In this document: positions 13,576 to 28,417 of the stretch, piece by piece
Layout of the letters: every line of letters starts with the position of its first letter
How positions within the stretch are numbered: the stretch's first letter is position 1
Assembly (NCBI GenBank): GCA_951406725.2
Contig: OX597815.1
Location: forward strand, 80,724,001 to 80,788,000
From: Octopus vulgaris
Lineage: Eukaryota
DNA: 64,000 nucleotides
Reading direction: 5' to 3'
The notes under the pieces: generated by a model
The model's database searches: none
The model's input: the letters and a program-made list of their open reading frames with translations, nothing else
Told to the model about the DNA's origin: nothing
Translations under genes and position numbers: made by a program

Positions 13576-14557
13576 GCTTTTATTTCCTTATTTGCCACAA
13601 GGGATGCAGTAACACAAAACCTTTAAATACACCAGGCAAGATAAACATTTGGGGATGAATAAAATCATTAAAGTGCCAAAGATATAATCAAAAATACGCA
13701 CTATAAATACATACATACATGTATGCATGCATATGTGATGGCGAAACTCCTCAGTGAATATGTTTCGGCATTATTACACCTTGTCAGCAAAATATAGTGT
13801 TAGAATGACTAGAGACATATCAGCCTTTCATTAATGAACTCCGAGTAGTTTAATAAGTTAAAAGAATTACTGGGGAAAATTACCGAAGGATGACTTGCCT
13901 CTAGGACAGATCCGACTGACGAAATGACAGTGGCTTTAGAGCTTATTTCAAACACCCCACCCCTATCCCTTTTCTTCCAATAGCATTGCTACTCCAAGGA
14001 CTTTTGAAATTATAATGTTCAACATGAAAGTCTTCTTGAAAGTATATCCTCATCGATGTTTGTAGCATCCTCAAGAACCCGTCGCTCATATTCATCTCTA
14101 TTGACCCCTAAACGTAAACAGACAAATATGCTTTCCGGCGCTCTCTCTCACCGTCTTATTACTAATACCAATACTACGAATAAGGGTAATACTAAATCCT
14201 AACCAGACCATAGATTTAGGAGGTAAAGTTAGAGGTAGCGTCAGTCATATCCATCCATTCTAGTACTTGGCTGATGTTTATGTAATCGTATCTGGTAGGA
14301 TCAAATGCAACGTCAACCTCGGCAAGAACTGAACTCACTCAGAATGTAACTATTAGTCATTTTGTGCGACTCATTCTACCATCCACCACTGATGATGATA
14401 ACAGTGATTTATAAGATAGGCTCAAGTAACATGTTTGTAAAGGACAAGTGTAATCTGAATTAAAGAAAGCAAAGTCAAGCCTCGGGCAACAGACTATAGA
14501 TTTTCTGCATCTAGAGAAGTTGAGAAAACAATTGAATCAATTAATCTTTGTATAATA

Positions 14558-14959
14558 TTGATTTCAAATTTTAGCACAATACTAGCAATTCAGGAGGAGG
14601 GAACTTAATCGATTACATCGACCACAGTGTTCAACTGGTACTTATTTTATCGACCCAGAAAAGATGAAGGGTAAAGTCGATTTCATCGGAATTTGAACTC
14701 AGATCGTGAAGACGGAAGAAATACCTATTTCTTTACTACCCAGAAAGAGCTAAACATAGAGAGGACAAACGAGGACAGACAAACGGATTAAGTCAATTAT
14801 ATCGACCCCAGTGTGTAATTGATACTTATTTAATCAGTCCCGAAAGGATGAAAGGCAAAGTCGACCTCGGCGGAATTTGAACTCAGAACGTAACGGCAGA
14901 CGAAATACCGCTAAGCATTTTGCCCGTCGTGCTAACGATTCTGCTAGCTTGCCACCTTC
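14558..14959 (-). mobile_element. Dimeric SINE family A with TSD
   Basis: Two tandem bodies under one head. A 15-bp TSD AATCTTTGTATAATA lies at 14543-14557 and 14960-14974. Confidence 0.88.
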
Positions 14960-16189
14960 AATCTTTGTATAATAATAAAAATAAATACAACAGACTTCAG
15001 TCCTTAACTTTCTGTAGGGTAGCTTGCACACCACTATAACTGAGCGTTAAAGAAAGAAAACGACAACTTCCAAGGAACATAAGATTTGTCCGGAGAGGCC
15101 AGGAAACGCAACATGCTAAGTTTCTCAGACAGATGCATATTCTCGTTATCTGTGCCTGCGCACAGAGTGTTTTCTCAAGCAGAGAGAAGAATGGAATAGC
15201 CAGAGTTCTAAAAATGTGTACCAAACCCAAACATTTGACCAGCCACTTACATGCCATAGCTCTTTTCGATCAGGGCTGACACAGACTATTCAACAACAAA
15301 AATATAAAAGGCAATAAACAGACTATAAATTGGAAGACACTTTTTCAAGTCACTCTTTCCATTTCTCAGAGTAAATAAACAGCATTCTTGAGTCCCTAGT
15401 AAATATCTAGTGACGTAGCTTGTCTCTTCAAACTGAAATACTACAAACTTAAAATTTGCTTTCACATTAGCAAAACTTAAACGTTTGCACGTTTGATTTT
15501 CCTCTTTTGTTGCCTTTTCAAATACAAATATTGTTTTAGTTTTACCAAAGCCACTTTTGAACACCAATATCCTTTTCATTAGACCTCTTTTAAAGCTCAA
15601 GTAAACGATAATGATAATTCTTCTTTATATTTATATTTTTTGCTACAAGTTTGCAGAACTTCCAAATTCCTCTACCCACCTCCACATCCACATGCACATC
15701 AACATCAACAATTCAACCCTCCTTTGTTCCTACTTCCTTTTGGCTCGTCTACTCTTTAAGAAGTTACCCGCATTTAAAAAAAAAAAAGAAAAAAAACATT
15801 CAGTATTCTGAGATGTTACCACTGCCATAGCTTAACAGATTTATTCTAAGTTTTTTCCAAACAGTTTTAAAAGTTAGTCACATAATACTGAGGTATGAAA
15901 ATCTTTACTCCCAGTTGCACGGTTCCTACATACAGAAACACTATAGACAACACGAAGAATTCACTGAGCACACTTCTGAACGAGGGTTCTACGGGCATTC
16001 TCATTCGCTTTTCACCCACTCTTTACCGCTCTAGCCTCACAATATGTGCATCCCTTCCCTGTAAGTTCTCTCGATGCACCTATGTTTGGTCCTTTTCGTC
16101 AACCCTTATTGTATTTGACATTTTTCTGCGTTAAATACGTTACTCAGTCCTTTTTAAACAAATCTTCAACCACCTCGCTATTTTCGCTG

Positions 16190-16445
16190 TTGAGGTGCAT
16201 GGCTCAGTGTTGTTAGAGCGTCAGGCTCACAATCACGTGGTAGTGAGTTCGATTCCCAGACCGGCCTGTGTGTTGTGTTCTTTATTTCATGTTCACTCAG
16301 CTGTAGAAATGAGTGACAAAGTTACAGGTACCAAGCTGTATCGGACTTTTCCTTTCCCTTGGATAACATCATTGGCATGGAAAAGGAAGACCGGTATGCA
16401 TGGGCGACTGCTGGTCTTCCATAAACAACCCAGCCCGGATTTCCC
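16190..16445 (+). mobile_element. tRNA-derived SINE family C, partial
   Basis: A-box TGGCTCAGTG and B-box AGTTCGATTCC; body homologous to 40620-40972. Confidence 0.75.
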
Positions 16446-17215
16446 CACAGTTTTGCCCGTTTGCGTTCACTCATAAAGGTTGTATAGACTCCAAAATATA
16501 ATAAAAGTTACTTATCGAAGATATCAAGCAGAAGAATCGAATGCTAGGATTCAGGATCGCAAAGTAAACTTCTTAATCACTAGGACTTGTCTGTTGCTGT
16601 TTGTGTTGTAGTGAATACTTATAATATAATGTCGCCCTTAGAGCGGTTTATTTTCATACTTTAAGTGGTTAATATCATCTTAGGACCGCCATTTAATATT
16701 ACGATATTCCATTCAGCTTGTAGGCGGAAAGAAACAGAAAAGATAGTTGAATTAAATTGGAAATATCATTTAGTTTTGTGACTTTGTGTTCGAAAATCAA
16801 ACACACTAATGTCAACTGAAGCTATTTCATGCTTCCGGAATCGATAAAACAGTACCAGTAAAAGCTGCTACTTCTGTTGTCACTAACAGTGCTAATCTCT
16901 TCTAGACATCACTGGTACATCAAGTATATCTAGTGAGTCATCGTCTATAACTTTGTATTTCTTTGAACGACACTCACATTTCAACCGAGTCAAAGGCTAT
17001 CTACGATATTTTCATTTTCGCACTGAAGTTGACACCTTTTGTTTCTGCTCGCCAAAGAGTGATAACTAGCAAATGAAATGTAAGGGTGATGTTAAAAATG
17101 TCTGCATTAGAAAAACAAAAACCAAAAAAAACAAATTGAGAGTTTGTTTCTCTTTCTAAATTATATTCCCTTCCATTGCCTGCTTTAATAAACTACAGTA
17201 ATAATGATAATAATG

Positions 17216-17265
<50 letters not shown>

Positions 17266-17283
17266 AATAATAATAATAATAAT

Positions 17284-17924
<641 letters not shown>

Positions 17925-18199
17925 TATTAATAAAAATGATATGGCAAAGCACGAATAACATACGAGATTATATAGAAATTATGGAGTTGAATTCTAAAAT
18001 TCGCATGAGAAGTAAACTGTTTGAATTCAATATTAGTGCTGCTATTATTGTTGCTATTGTTGTCGTTGTTGTTGCTGTTGTTGTTGTTGTTGTTGATGTT
18101 GTGACTGTTATTGCTGTTGCTATACTTGTTGTTTTGATGATGATGATGATGAGGAGGAGGAGGAGGAGGAGGAGGAGAGGGAGGTGAAGGAAAAGAGGA

Positions 18200-18370
18200 T
18201 GAGAAGAAGAAAAAGAAGAAGAAGAAGAAGAAGAAGAAGAAGAAGAAGAAGAAGAAAAAGAAGAAGAAGAAGAAGAAGAAGAAGAAGAAGAAGAAGAAGA
18301 AGAAGAAGAAGAAGAAGAAGAAGAAGAAGAAGAAGAAGAAGAAGAAGAAGAAGAAGAAGAAGAAGAAGAA
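18200..18370. repeat. (GAA)n microsatellite
   Basis: Read directly from the sequence. Confidence 0.95.
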
Positions 18371-18593
18371 TTCTATGACAAAAGGCCAGAAATTGTGAAG
18401 AAGGTTATGATTCATTTGAAGAACTGGGGAAGTCATTTTATCAATCTCGAATGAAAAAAAAACATGAAACCAAATATGACAAGATTTCGACTCAACCTTT
18501 CAATGGATATTTTTTTATTGTCTTCATCTTCTACAACTTCGTTACATAAACCTATTCATTAATTTCGATAAAATAATCAGAGAAAGCAATAAG

Positions 18594-18632
<39 letters not shown>

Positions 18633-19031
18633 ACTAACCGGATTGTTGATGGGTGACCTTGTATCTAATGCATTCGTTTATTTTATGAATTGCAATGCTC
18701 TTGCCAAAAAGTAGCTTGCATTGCTCATATCTGCAGTAATCGCTAAATAATGCACCACGTGTAAACAAACGTCAACGAGGGCACTAATGGATAAGCCAGA
18801 TAAATTTTCCTGGGCAATATAAGCAAAAACCTTAATGCTCATTTGAAAGATATCTACACACACACACATATATATATGTGTGTGTGATATATATGATATA
18901 TAACAAGGTAAAGGTTTTTATTTTTCATTTACTTCGAAATTTGCTATAAAATTGTGGTTTTGGGCCGTGTTGGCTGCTATTTCTAGCGTGTAAAAATTAC
19001 CTGTCAAAGGGTAATTTTCTATTTTGAAATA

Positions 19032-19106
<75 letters not shown>

Positions 19107-19117
19107 CATAGATATGT

Positions 19118-19158
<41 letters not shown>

Positions 19159-19177
19159 CATGCATATATATTCTTAC

Positions 19178-19232
<55 letters not shown>

Positions 19233-20207
19233 CGAGGAGGTACCCAAAAGTAACCGGAAACGTTCTCTTTGGGACAAACCCGTTTTAGTTCATGCTTCCG
19301 CCGCTAGAAGCCACTTGGTGCAACCCTCAGGAATCTGTCTGCCGACAGGCGACGTTCGGTGGAGTCGTACTGTCATATAGACCATCTTTGTTTTGCAGTG
19401 CTTCTCCTCTGTTCGTCGATTTTCGCGATGGCTGAAACGAAGAAACACCAGGATTTCTGTTGGGGAAAACGGCGGCCGACACAGTTGCCATGCTTCAAAC
19501 AGCTGATGAGGACGCTACTATGAGCAAATCACATATTTACGACTGGCTTTCATGCTTTATGAATTGTCATTTGTCGCTTGAAGACCAACCTCGTTCAGGA
19601 CGAGCGAAGACCTCCCTAACGAATGAAAACATCACGAACATTCCTCAACTGATCTTGGAGGACCGTCGCTGAACAATTGACAAACTTTTTGATGTGACTA
19701 GTGTGTCCTAGAGCTCCTGCCAACGAATTTTGAGCGAGGAATTGCGAATGAAAAGAGTTGCATCAAAATTTGTGCCTCGCTTGTTCTCAGATGATGAAAG
19801 GCAGTCACAACTGAATGCGTGTCGTGAACTGACGGAACAGTTGGAAGGCTTGGTCAAAGAAATATGAAACAATTTTTAACCAAAAATGACATGACCCCGC
19901 TTACCCACCTTCCCTATTCACCCAATTTTGCTCCTTGCGACTTTTTTTTGTTCCCCCGAATGAAAAAAGTCCTTAAAGGAAAACTTTTGGTAGATGTCGA
20001 AGAGGTGAAGAAAAAAAAAACGAAGGAAGTGTTAAAAGGCATCACTTTGCAAAAGGTCCAGGACAGTTTCGAACAGTGGAAAGCTCGTCTGGTCCGATGC
20101 ATCGGTTCAAATGGAGAATACTTTCAAAGTAGTAAAAGTGTAAACATGTAAAACTAAGTGAATAAAATAATATTGCAAAATTCTAGTTTCTTTTGGGTAC
20201 CCCATCG
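19233..20207 (+). mobile_element. Mariner transposon, internally deleted, with TIRs and TA TSD
   Basis: TIRs CGAGGAGGTACCCAAAAGTAACCGGAA / CGATGGGGTACCCAAAAGAAACTAGAA with TA at 19231-32 and 20208-09. Motifs SLEDQPRSGR, KFVPR (WVP-like) and YSPNFAPCDFFLF. Confidence 0.95.
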
Positions 20208-20263
<56 letters not shown>

Positions 20264-20290
20264 TAGGTAGATAGATAGATAGATAGTAGT

Positions 20291-20375
<85 letters not shown>

Positions 20376-20829
20376 CTAACCGAATTTACTGACAGGGAGT
20401 TAGTCCCGGGTTGATTATCAATATATAACTCCATACTGAATGAGATCATGCACGATGAAATATAACGTTCCGTAAGGGCATCATCCACTCTAAGAGAAAG
20501 CTTAAGAAAAGAAGCAAAGTAATCATATTCAGATCTGCAAGTATTTGATATATGTATTTTCTTGACTCCTTTATATTCAAAATTTACAGTTTTACGATAT
20601 CAATTAATGCCCTTGATGACGACAAATAAATTAAGAACGGTACACATGAACAAAGCAATACGAACAAAATTTCGAAAGAAACCAACGCTAAACGACGCAT
20701 CCATAATGAATGACAATGCAAAAGAAATAAAAGTGGCATTCATCGGTCAATGATTTAAGAGGAGCATCGCACACTAACTCCCAAAGAACGTGTAACACGA
20801 GTATCAGAAAATTCTCTGGAAAGCTTCTC

Positions 20830-22400
20830 AGTAAAAGGGTTCGATTGCTACTGACTTTTTCTCCCGCTGGTTTTGTGGATTCTCACGATTGTCTGTCGCC
20901 ATCCAATCCTATTACTATGAATTTGAATTAAGCCATAGTGAATTTTTCATTAATTGATTGCACAACCATGGACGCCATCCCTATGGATGCAGTTACTCTA
21001 TTGATAGAGCTTGGTGATCCTAACAGTTAATCTTCTAAGATACCTCCACTCGTCATCAATGTAAGAAGTACCGTTGGCTCAATTGAACTCTTCTGCTACC
21101 TCTTCCTAATCCGCCACGCTACAGTCCCATGACTTCGCAAAAAAACCATTACGGGAGCAAAATCAACCATGAAAAGTCAGTGGTCTTGCAGCTCGGCACC
21201 TGGAGAAACAGCTCAATGCCATTCAACCGCACCATGAGGTGCTGGACAGATGAACTATTTAAGCTGCTTGGGTTTGGTTTGATCCTGACCTCCAGCTGGA
21301 CGAGAACTAAGAAGAGGTAATAGGGTTTGTAGGCTAACCTAACACAGAAATAGGCTGAGAAAAAATTATCGAAGCAGGGTCGGCGAATACTTACATGGGA
21401 TCTGTCTTCTACCATTTCTTGACCGTCGTGCCTTACCCCATTTCTGCTGCTCAGAAAGTTCATTTGCTCTCAACATCCATTGAGTGAGAGGAGTGAGCAT
21501 GCGGTGGCTAATGAAATACAGACATGCGTTAAAGACTGCTTCAACTCCAGCATTTCTTTGACGGTGGGTAGGTGTGGTTACCGTTTGTTAGACGTGTTTG
21601 TTATCAGCTGATGTCCTGATGATATAGACCGAGGTTGGGCGCCTGGCACCTTGCGTGTCACCATCAGTCCACAGCCCTCTTGCATTTTCGGATATTGCGG
21701 TCGGTGTATTTTTCACAATGGCGTTCTGTTGAGGATTAGTGGTATGTAAAAGCGATGATGTCTTCAAGGAAACTCTGGGCATCAATGAAAATCAATAAGG
21801 TGGGGTTTTTTTTCGGAGAACTTTTCCAGAAATCCCTGGTTTGCAATGCTACTGGGGTGGTGTGTGGGGCATTGCCGGCTTGGAATAAACTCAACAGTCA
21901 CGTGATGCCTGTAGCGAGACGAAGCTGTTCTGCATGCATTCGTACAGTGCTTCAGCATTGTGACTCGTGGAGCTATGGCGAACAGTGCTATCATACGTCG
22001 GACGGATCCGGCTATCGACTGAATACATCATCGAGATTGTCCCACAACATTGCTTTTCCCGAATTAGCAGGTAGTTTAACTATGTCTATTTACGTTGGTC
22101 ATGGTGAATGCGAATGAACAGACTGGGTGGGGGGTCATTTTTCTTTTCTGCCAAGACCTCATCAACTTTCTCAAGTTTCACAAATAAATCAAACTGAGGA
22201 TACAAAGGGTTGTCTGCTCCCCAGTAAATTAGTAAAAAAGTAGGAGAATGTAACCACAATGGCCCGAATGAATGTACTTGCTCTAAGCATGCGTCTGTAA
22301 ACTGAAAAATAAGAAAACGAGAAGAGCATTTGCCATTGTGCTCCCGATGAGTAGGTTGACTTGGAATCTGCAGGATTCCTTGGTTGGTGTTACTCCCTAT
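20830..22400 (+). mobile_element. Highly degenerate L1/Tx1-clade ORF2 remnant
   Basis: 'YGSKINHEKSVVLQLGTWRNSSMP...RCWTDELFKLLG' matches the post-YADD region of Tx1-like RTs. Many stops; boundaries approximate. Confidence 0.65.
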
Positions 22401-23204
22401 TTGGAAATTTTAATGATAGAAATTTCTTGTTATTTGTCAATGTTTTTATTGTTTGGACGTATTTATATAAAACGTCATTGTTGATTACCTTTGTGTTATA
22501 TGAAATGTGTTTTTTTGCGGCATGGGGTCGATTTTGTTTTCATTCCTTCGTGGTCTATGAAATAAATTACCAGTCAAGTACTGGGGTCAGGGAAATTAAT
22601 TAACACCCTCTCACAAATTTTAGAACTTGTGCCAATAAAAGAAATAATAATTATTATTATTACGTTGAAATTTTATTTCCTGTCATCGGAAGCTAACAAA
22701 GAGAAAAGGCGAAAAACATTTACAAAACATTAAAAAATATTTGACCTTGTTTGCCCATGAGTAGAGAAATAATGACGAGTGTTCATTATTCTATCACTTT
22801 GCTCAACGTATAGACTTCTTAGTGTTTTGAGTTTGTTTTTTTCTTATCTTGTCTGAGAATGATTGTCGCCATATTAGAATGTCCAGTGTATCATTTATGT
22901 TTCACGTGACATCATGAGATCTGTCGGAAGTAAAATCAACCTAATAATTTTCGTATCTATAATTTATTAATCACCGGTGACACTGCAAACAGGAATTATA
23001 CATGTGTGGTGGGATGTATATATACATGTGTGTGTGTGCGCGCGTGTGTGTGTGTGTGTACATAAACATATATATCCACAACACAAAACAAATATACAAA
23101 TATGAAAATTAAAATAATGTTAATGATAATAATAGAGGGCTGTAAGGACTTGAAAGACTGCTGAAAACTTGTGGATACCTAAGGTTAAAACCAAAACCAA
23201 AATA

Positions 23205-23410
23205 ACAATCCTTTCTACTAAAGACACAATGCCTGAAATATTAGAGGAGGGGACCAGTCGATTACATCAACCCCAGTGTTTCACTGGTACTTATTTTATC
23301 GACCCCGAAAGTATGAAATCAAAGTCGACCTCGGTGGAATTTGAAATCAGAACGGGCGAAATATCGCCGAGCATCTAGCGTGCTAAGGATTATACTATCC
23401 CACGACCTTA
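23205..23410 (-). mobile_element. SINE family A copy
   Basis: gtcgattacatcaaccccagtg...ctggtacttattttatcgaccccgaaag...gtcgacctcgg. A second partial copy follows at 23435-23545. Confidence 0.8.
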
Positions 23411-23763
23411 ATAAAAATAATGATAACAATAATCCTGTATACTGTGGGCACAAGGCTTGAAATTTTGGGGAGAGGTTAAGTCGATTACATTATCGCCACT
23501 GCTCAATGGAAACTTATCTTATCGACCTCGAAAAGATGAAAAACACGAGATTGTAAAGACGATTGTAAAGAATGTAAAGACTAAAGAAATACTGGTAAGA
23601 ATTTTGTTCAGCGTACTAGCACTTAAAATGCTGATTGTCCAGACTTTGCCCAAAAGAGAGTATATCAAAAGGCTAGATCGACTCGATAACTATGTCTGTG
23701 GAATGTTTTTATTTCCAAGTTAATTCATAGAAGTAGCATACGGATGTACCAATTTATTTATTT

Positions 23764-24046
23764 GTGGAGGCACATGGCCTAGTGGTTAGAGCAGCGGACT
23801 TGCGGTCGAGGGATCGTGGGTTCGAATCTCAGACCGGGCGAAACACCTAAGCTCCACGCGGCTCCGGCAGAAGGTAATGGCGAACTTCTGCTGACTCTTT
23901 CACCACAACCTTCTATCACTCTTTCCTCCTGGATTTTGCAGCTCACCTGCGACGGACCGGTGTCCCGTCCAGGTGTGGAACCTATACGCCAAGGAAACCG
24001 GAAAACCGGCCCTTATGAGCCAGGCGTGGCTCGAGAAGGAACAAAG
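23764..24046 (+). mobile_element. tRNA-derived SINE with V-domain-like core and TSD
   Basis: A-box TGGCCTAGTGG, B-box GGTTCGAATC and core CCTGCGACGGACCGGTGTCCCGTCCAGG. TSD AATTTATTTATTT at 23751-23763 and 24047-24059. Confidence 0.85.
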
Positions 24047-24699
24047 AATTTATTTATTTATTTATTTTTAATGACAACGATCTCGCTACCATACTCTGAG
24101 ATAAATCTGTTTGTCCAGACTGACAACGATATTGAATTGAACCATCCAGATATAACACCAGTTGTCAACACAACCCCCACCACCACTACCACCGCCGTTA
24201 CTACCATCACATCACCATCACCTCCACCACTCTCATCACCATATTAATCATAAATATCGCCTTAAATGAGGTCTTCTTCTTCATGTTACCATCATCTTTC
24301 ATGACAGCCATTATTTTCTTTGTCCATGCCATTGTTAGAAATATTGTCATCATGATGATGATAAAGATGACGATAACGAGAATGACGATGATGATAATAA
24401 TGATAATGATGACGACGACAATGACGATATTGATGATGATGGTGATCATCATCATCAGCATCATCATCATCATCTTCATCAACAGCAACAACAACATCAT
24501 CATCGTCGTCGTCGTCATACTCCTCCTTCCCCTCCTTCTCACCATCATCATCATGAACAACATCGTCTTCGTTTTCCTCTCGCGAGTCACAATTTTCATT
24601 GGCCATCGGCTCTTTGTACGTCACATCTTCGCTGACAACTTGCGAATCAAGTTGGTTTTTGGTATTAAATCAAGTTTGATAGGCTGAGCAAGATACTCT

Positions 24700-24930
24700 C
24701 ATGGAACGGTGACCAAATGAGGCGTATTTTTCAACATAGTCTCCCTTGCAGTCCACACTTCTTCCAATTGGTGTTGCTGTTCTTGGATCCCATTGGAGAA
24801 GAAGCTTTCATCCTTTAGTCAAACAAGTCATCAACAACAGATATGAAGTCATCATCACTGCGAGACTCGTTCCCAATATTTTGTTTTGCTGGAGAACTAA
24901 TGATAGTCAGATGGGGCTAGAAACCTTATA
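24700..24930 (-). mobile_element. Mariner transposase C-terminal fragment
   Basis: Minus translation across frameshifts: 'LAPSDYH*F...RSDDDFISVVDDLF...NGIQE...KGDYVEK'. Confidence 0.7.
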
Positions 24931-24944
24931 TTATTGATAGGTTT

Positions 24945-26330
24945 ATCTCAATCCAAATTAGTATTACAGATAATATAGCTTTTCCAGAACTCTTTTAAGT
25001 TATTAGCCGCATTTTCCTTAGTAGTTGCCTTGATAGATTTTTGCATAGCTTTCCACATAGACTGAATTCCACTTATATTCAAAGGCAAAAATACTACTTT
25101 AATTTCAAGATAAAGATCCTATATTTTTTCAGGAACTCCAAAAACATTATTAATTTAATTTTAATTTGATCTAATTTGATTTAATTTTTTGGGCTCAAAA
25201 AGCAAAAAAGCAAGGCCATGTAGGGGGACATGGAGTTATGTACAGGGAGGGTGTTCATACAAAGAGTTGAAGCCATTTCTGGTCAAGAGAGACTTTGAAC
25301 CGAGCGGTCGTCGGCATCTTCACTATCTCGTCCGGCAGCTTATTCCACGGATCCGCAACCCGGACGGAGAAAGCCCCTCTCCTTCGGTTGAGATGAAATC
25401 GTCGTAGATAGAGCTTTTAGTGTCTATATTGGTTAATTATTCTTTGTATGATATTCCACAGTAACAAAATAAACGTTAGTCTTGAAGTATAATTGCAGTA
25501 ACCAGAGCACAGTATTTGCTTTCCAGTGAGCAGATAATATACCTTTAATTCATTTTTTCAAACCCTTAGCATTTAACGAACTAATAGACTACTACTGATA
25601 TGGTTTGCAGTTTGTCGTCTGACTTTAGGTACTTTATGCCCTGGTAAAATTTTCTCCTCAACTTATATATGTTCTTCCAGGAATCAACTTCGAAAATAAG
25701 CCATTCATCAACATCATATATCTGCTATGCAGTATGGTCCTCTTCTTCAACGTCAGCAAAAGTCTGCACAAACTCTGCTGCAACCTTCTTTATCTGCACT
25801 ACTTATTACTCCAGTCAGTTTAAGGTTATGCATAGTTGACTTTTTCTCGAACCTTTTCACACCATTCTTTGTTTATCCGAAATTTTCTGTTTCTTCTAAT
25901 TTGTGTATTAACCGATAACCTTACTCATTGGAGCATTTTACTTTCTATGTTAGTTAATCTATACTATTACTGAATTTTCCTTTTTTTTTTCACTATACTT
26001 CCTTTCTGACAAAGGCTGTTCAAAGTATTTCTTCTAAACTGCATACAAACTGATAACTTTACCTTGAATAACAAAACTCACTAGAGCACTTTTTTCCTGG
26101 TGCGGTAATTTCATTCTATCTCTATACTACGAGATCTTTTTTTACATAATTGTGGCCGATATATCTCCTACATTACGTACACATTTTTTAATTATCGTTA
26201 TCCTTAATAATTGGAGACACGGTTGATTTACTTATGTACAAAGCAGTACTTATTGAACCTTGAGTTTGGTTGATTTCTAAACGATTAGTAATATCCATTT
26301 CTAACAACATAATGTTAGCTTTAAGGAAGC
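24945..26330 (-). mobile_element. Tigger/pogo-family transposase fossil, interrupted by a CR1 fragment
   Basis: Collinear minus-strand motifs: STVSPIIKD, MHNLKLTGVISSADKE, QIYDVDE, PGRTYIS, EKILPGHKVPK, HWKAN, EIKVVFLPLNISGIQSM, LKEFWKSY. Confidence 0.75.
25150..25420 (-). mobile_element. CR1-like LINE 3' end
   Basis: 'KLYLRRFHLNRRRGAFSVRVADPWNKLPDEIVKMPTTARFKVSLDQKWLQLFV*', followed by a short UTR and a (TAAAT)-like tail. Confidence 0.85.
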
Positions 26331-26486
26331 CACACCTCTTCATATTCAATTCAACATTTCATATAGCAAAATTTCGTCAGGCTAATTAATATATAATAAA
26401 AAAAAATATCTCGAAAATAAAAATATTTTCAAAAACTATTTTTCTATAATGGTTTTGGTGTTTACAAACATAAATGAGAAGGAGCC

Positions 26487-26974
<488 letters not shown>

Positions 26975-27464
26975 TTTTTTTTTTACGATAAAGGAAGATT
27001 TGGCAACCATTTCAAGCAGGTCGTGCAACCACCTACAAATTCCTTCCCCGTGGCTCATATATGTGTGTGCCTGTCTATTTGTGTTTGTGTTGTCTTCTTA
27101 CTTCATTTTATTATCTATACAAGCACTCCCTTCCACATTAATTAGAAAAATATGGTATAACAGATTAACTTGAACATTTCAGAAACACGGCTTTAGATAA
27201 CTGATTTTAAGGAGGACATGTTTCGGATTATTTGATCTCATCATCACTATATAGTCTAATAAGGCCTGCCCAGGAGATGATGAAATTTTTCTTCAAACAA
27301 ATGCATACGTACAGTCTCTTCCATTGTTTATTTATTTATTTATTTATTTTGTCATTCTTTACTCAAACTTTCAAAAACCTCCTCACTTACCCACGCTATC
27401 TCATTGCCTCTGCCACTTGTTTGTACAAAACTTACATTTTTCGCTTATGCTTACACCTCTAGCA

Positions 27465-27526
<62 letters not shown>

Positions 27527-27531
27527 CTTTC

Positions 27532-27564
<33 letters not shown>

Positions 27565-28286
27565 TTCTTTTGTATGCTCTTAGACTGACATGCATTCACA
27601 TACGCAAGCACACGCAAACAGCCACATAGATAAATATAGGCACGTTCGTGCAAATCTCTTTCTCTCCTGTACACACACACACACCCACCCACACCCCACA
27701 CACACACACACATACACACACACAAACATACACATGCTCACACGCACACATGCTCACACGCGCGCGTGCGAGCACACTGAGCGAGAGAGAGACAAACATT
27801 CTGCAATCTTCAATCTCTTAAAACTTATCCTATTCTCATATATACCTCTCTCCCTCCCTCTCTCTCCCTCTCTCTCTCTTTCCCTCATTCTTTTTAATCT
27901 TTTCAACGGGCCCTTTTTTCGCACGTCTTTCCCATAACAAAAATCTTTCTCACAAACACAGAAACAGACAGAAGCTCTCATTTCATCAAACTTTACCCAC
28001 CTCCCCACTGTTCTTTCTCTCTCTCTCTCTCTCTCATACTACTGACCTCCTGTGTCACTTTATGTATCAAAGGTTGCTTCCTTTCAATAAATAGCACACA
28101 TGCTAGATGCTCCTCCATTGTAATATGACACCTGATCTCCGTGTTAGGCTAAAATGTTGCCGGGACACGCATGGTCGACACCGAATATTATCGGAGTGTC
28201 ACTGGAGCATAGCCAAGCTAATTGTTTCGGTCACCGAATTTATTTGATGTTCTCGTAATTGGTATTCATGTCGTCGTTGTTGTCGA

Positions 28287-28331
<45 letters not shown>

Positions 28332-28340
28332 TATAATCAT

Positions 28341-28417
<77 letters not shown>

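Noticed and set aside
23766-23840. tRNA gene
   Set aside because: The A/B boxes continue into a SINE body with a TSD, and there is no proper acceptor stem.
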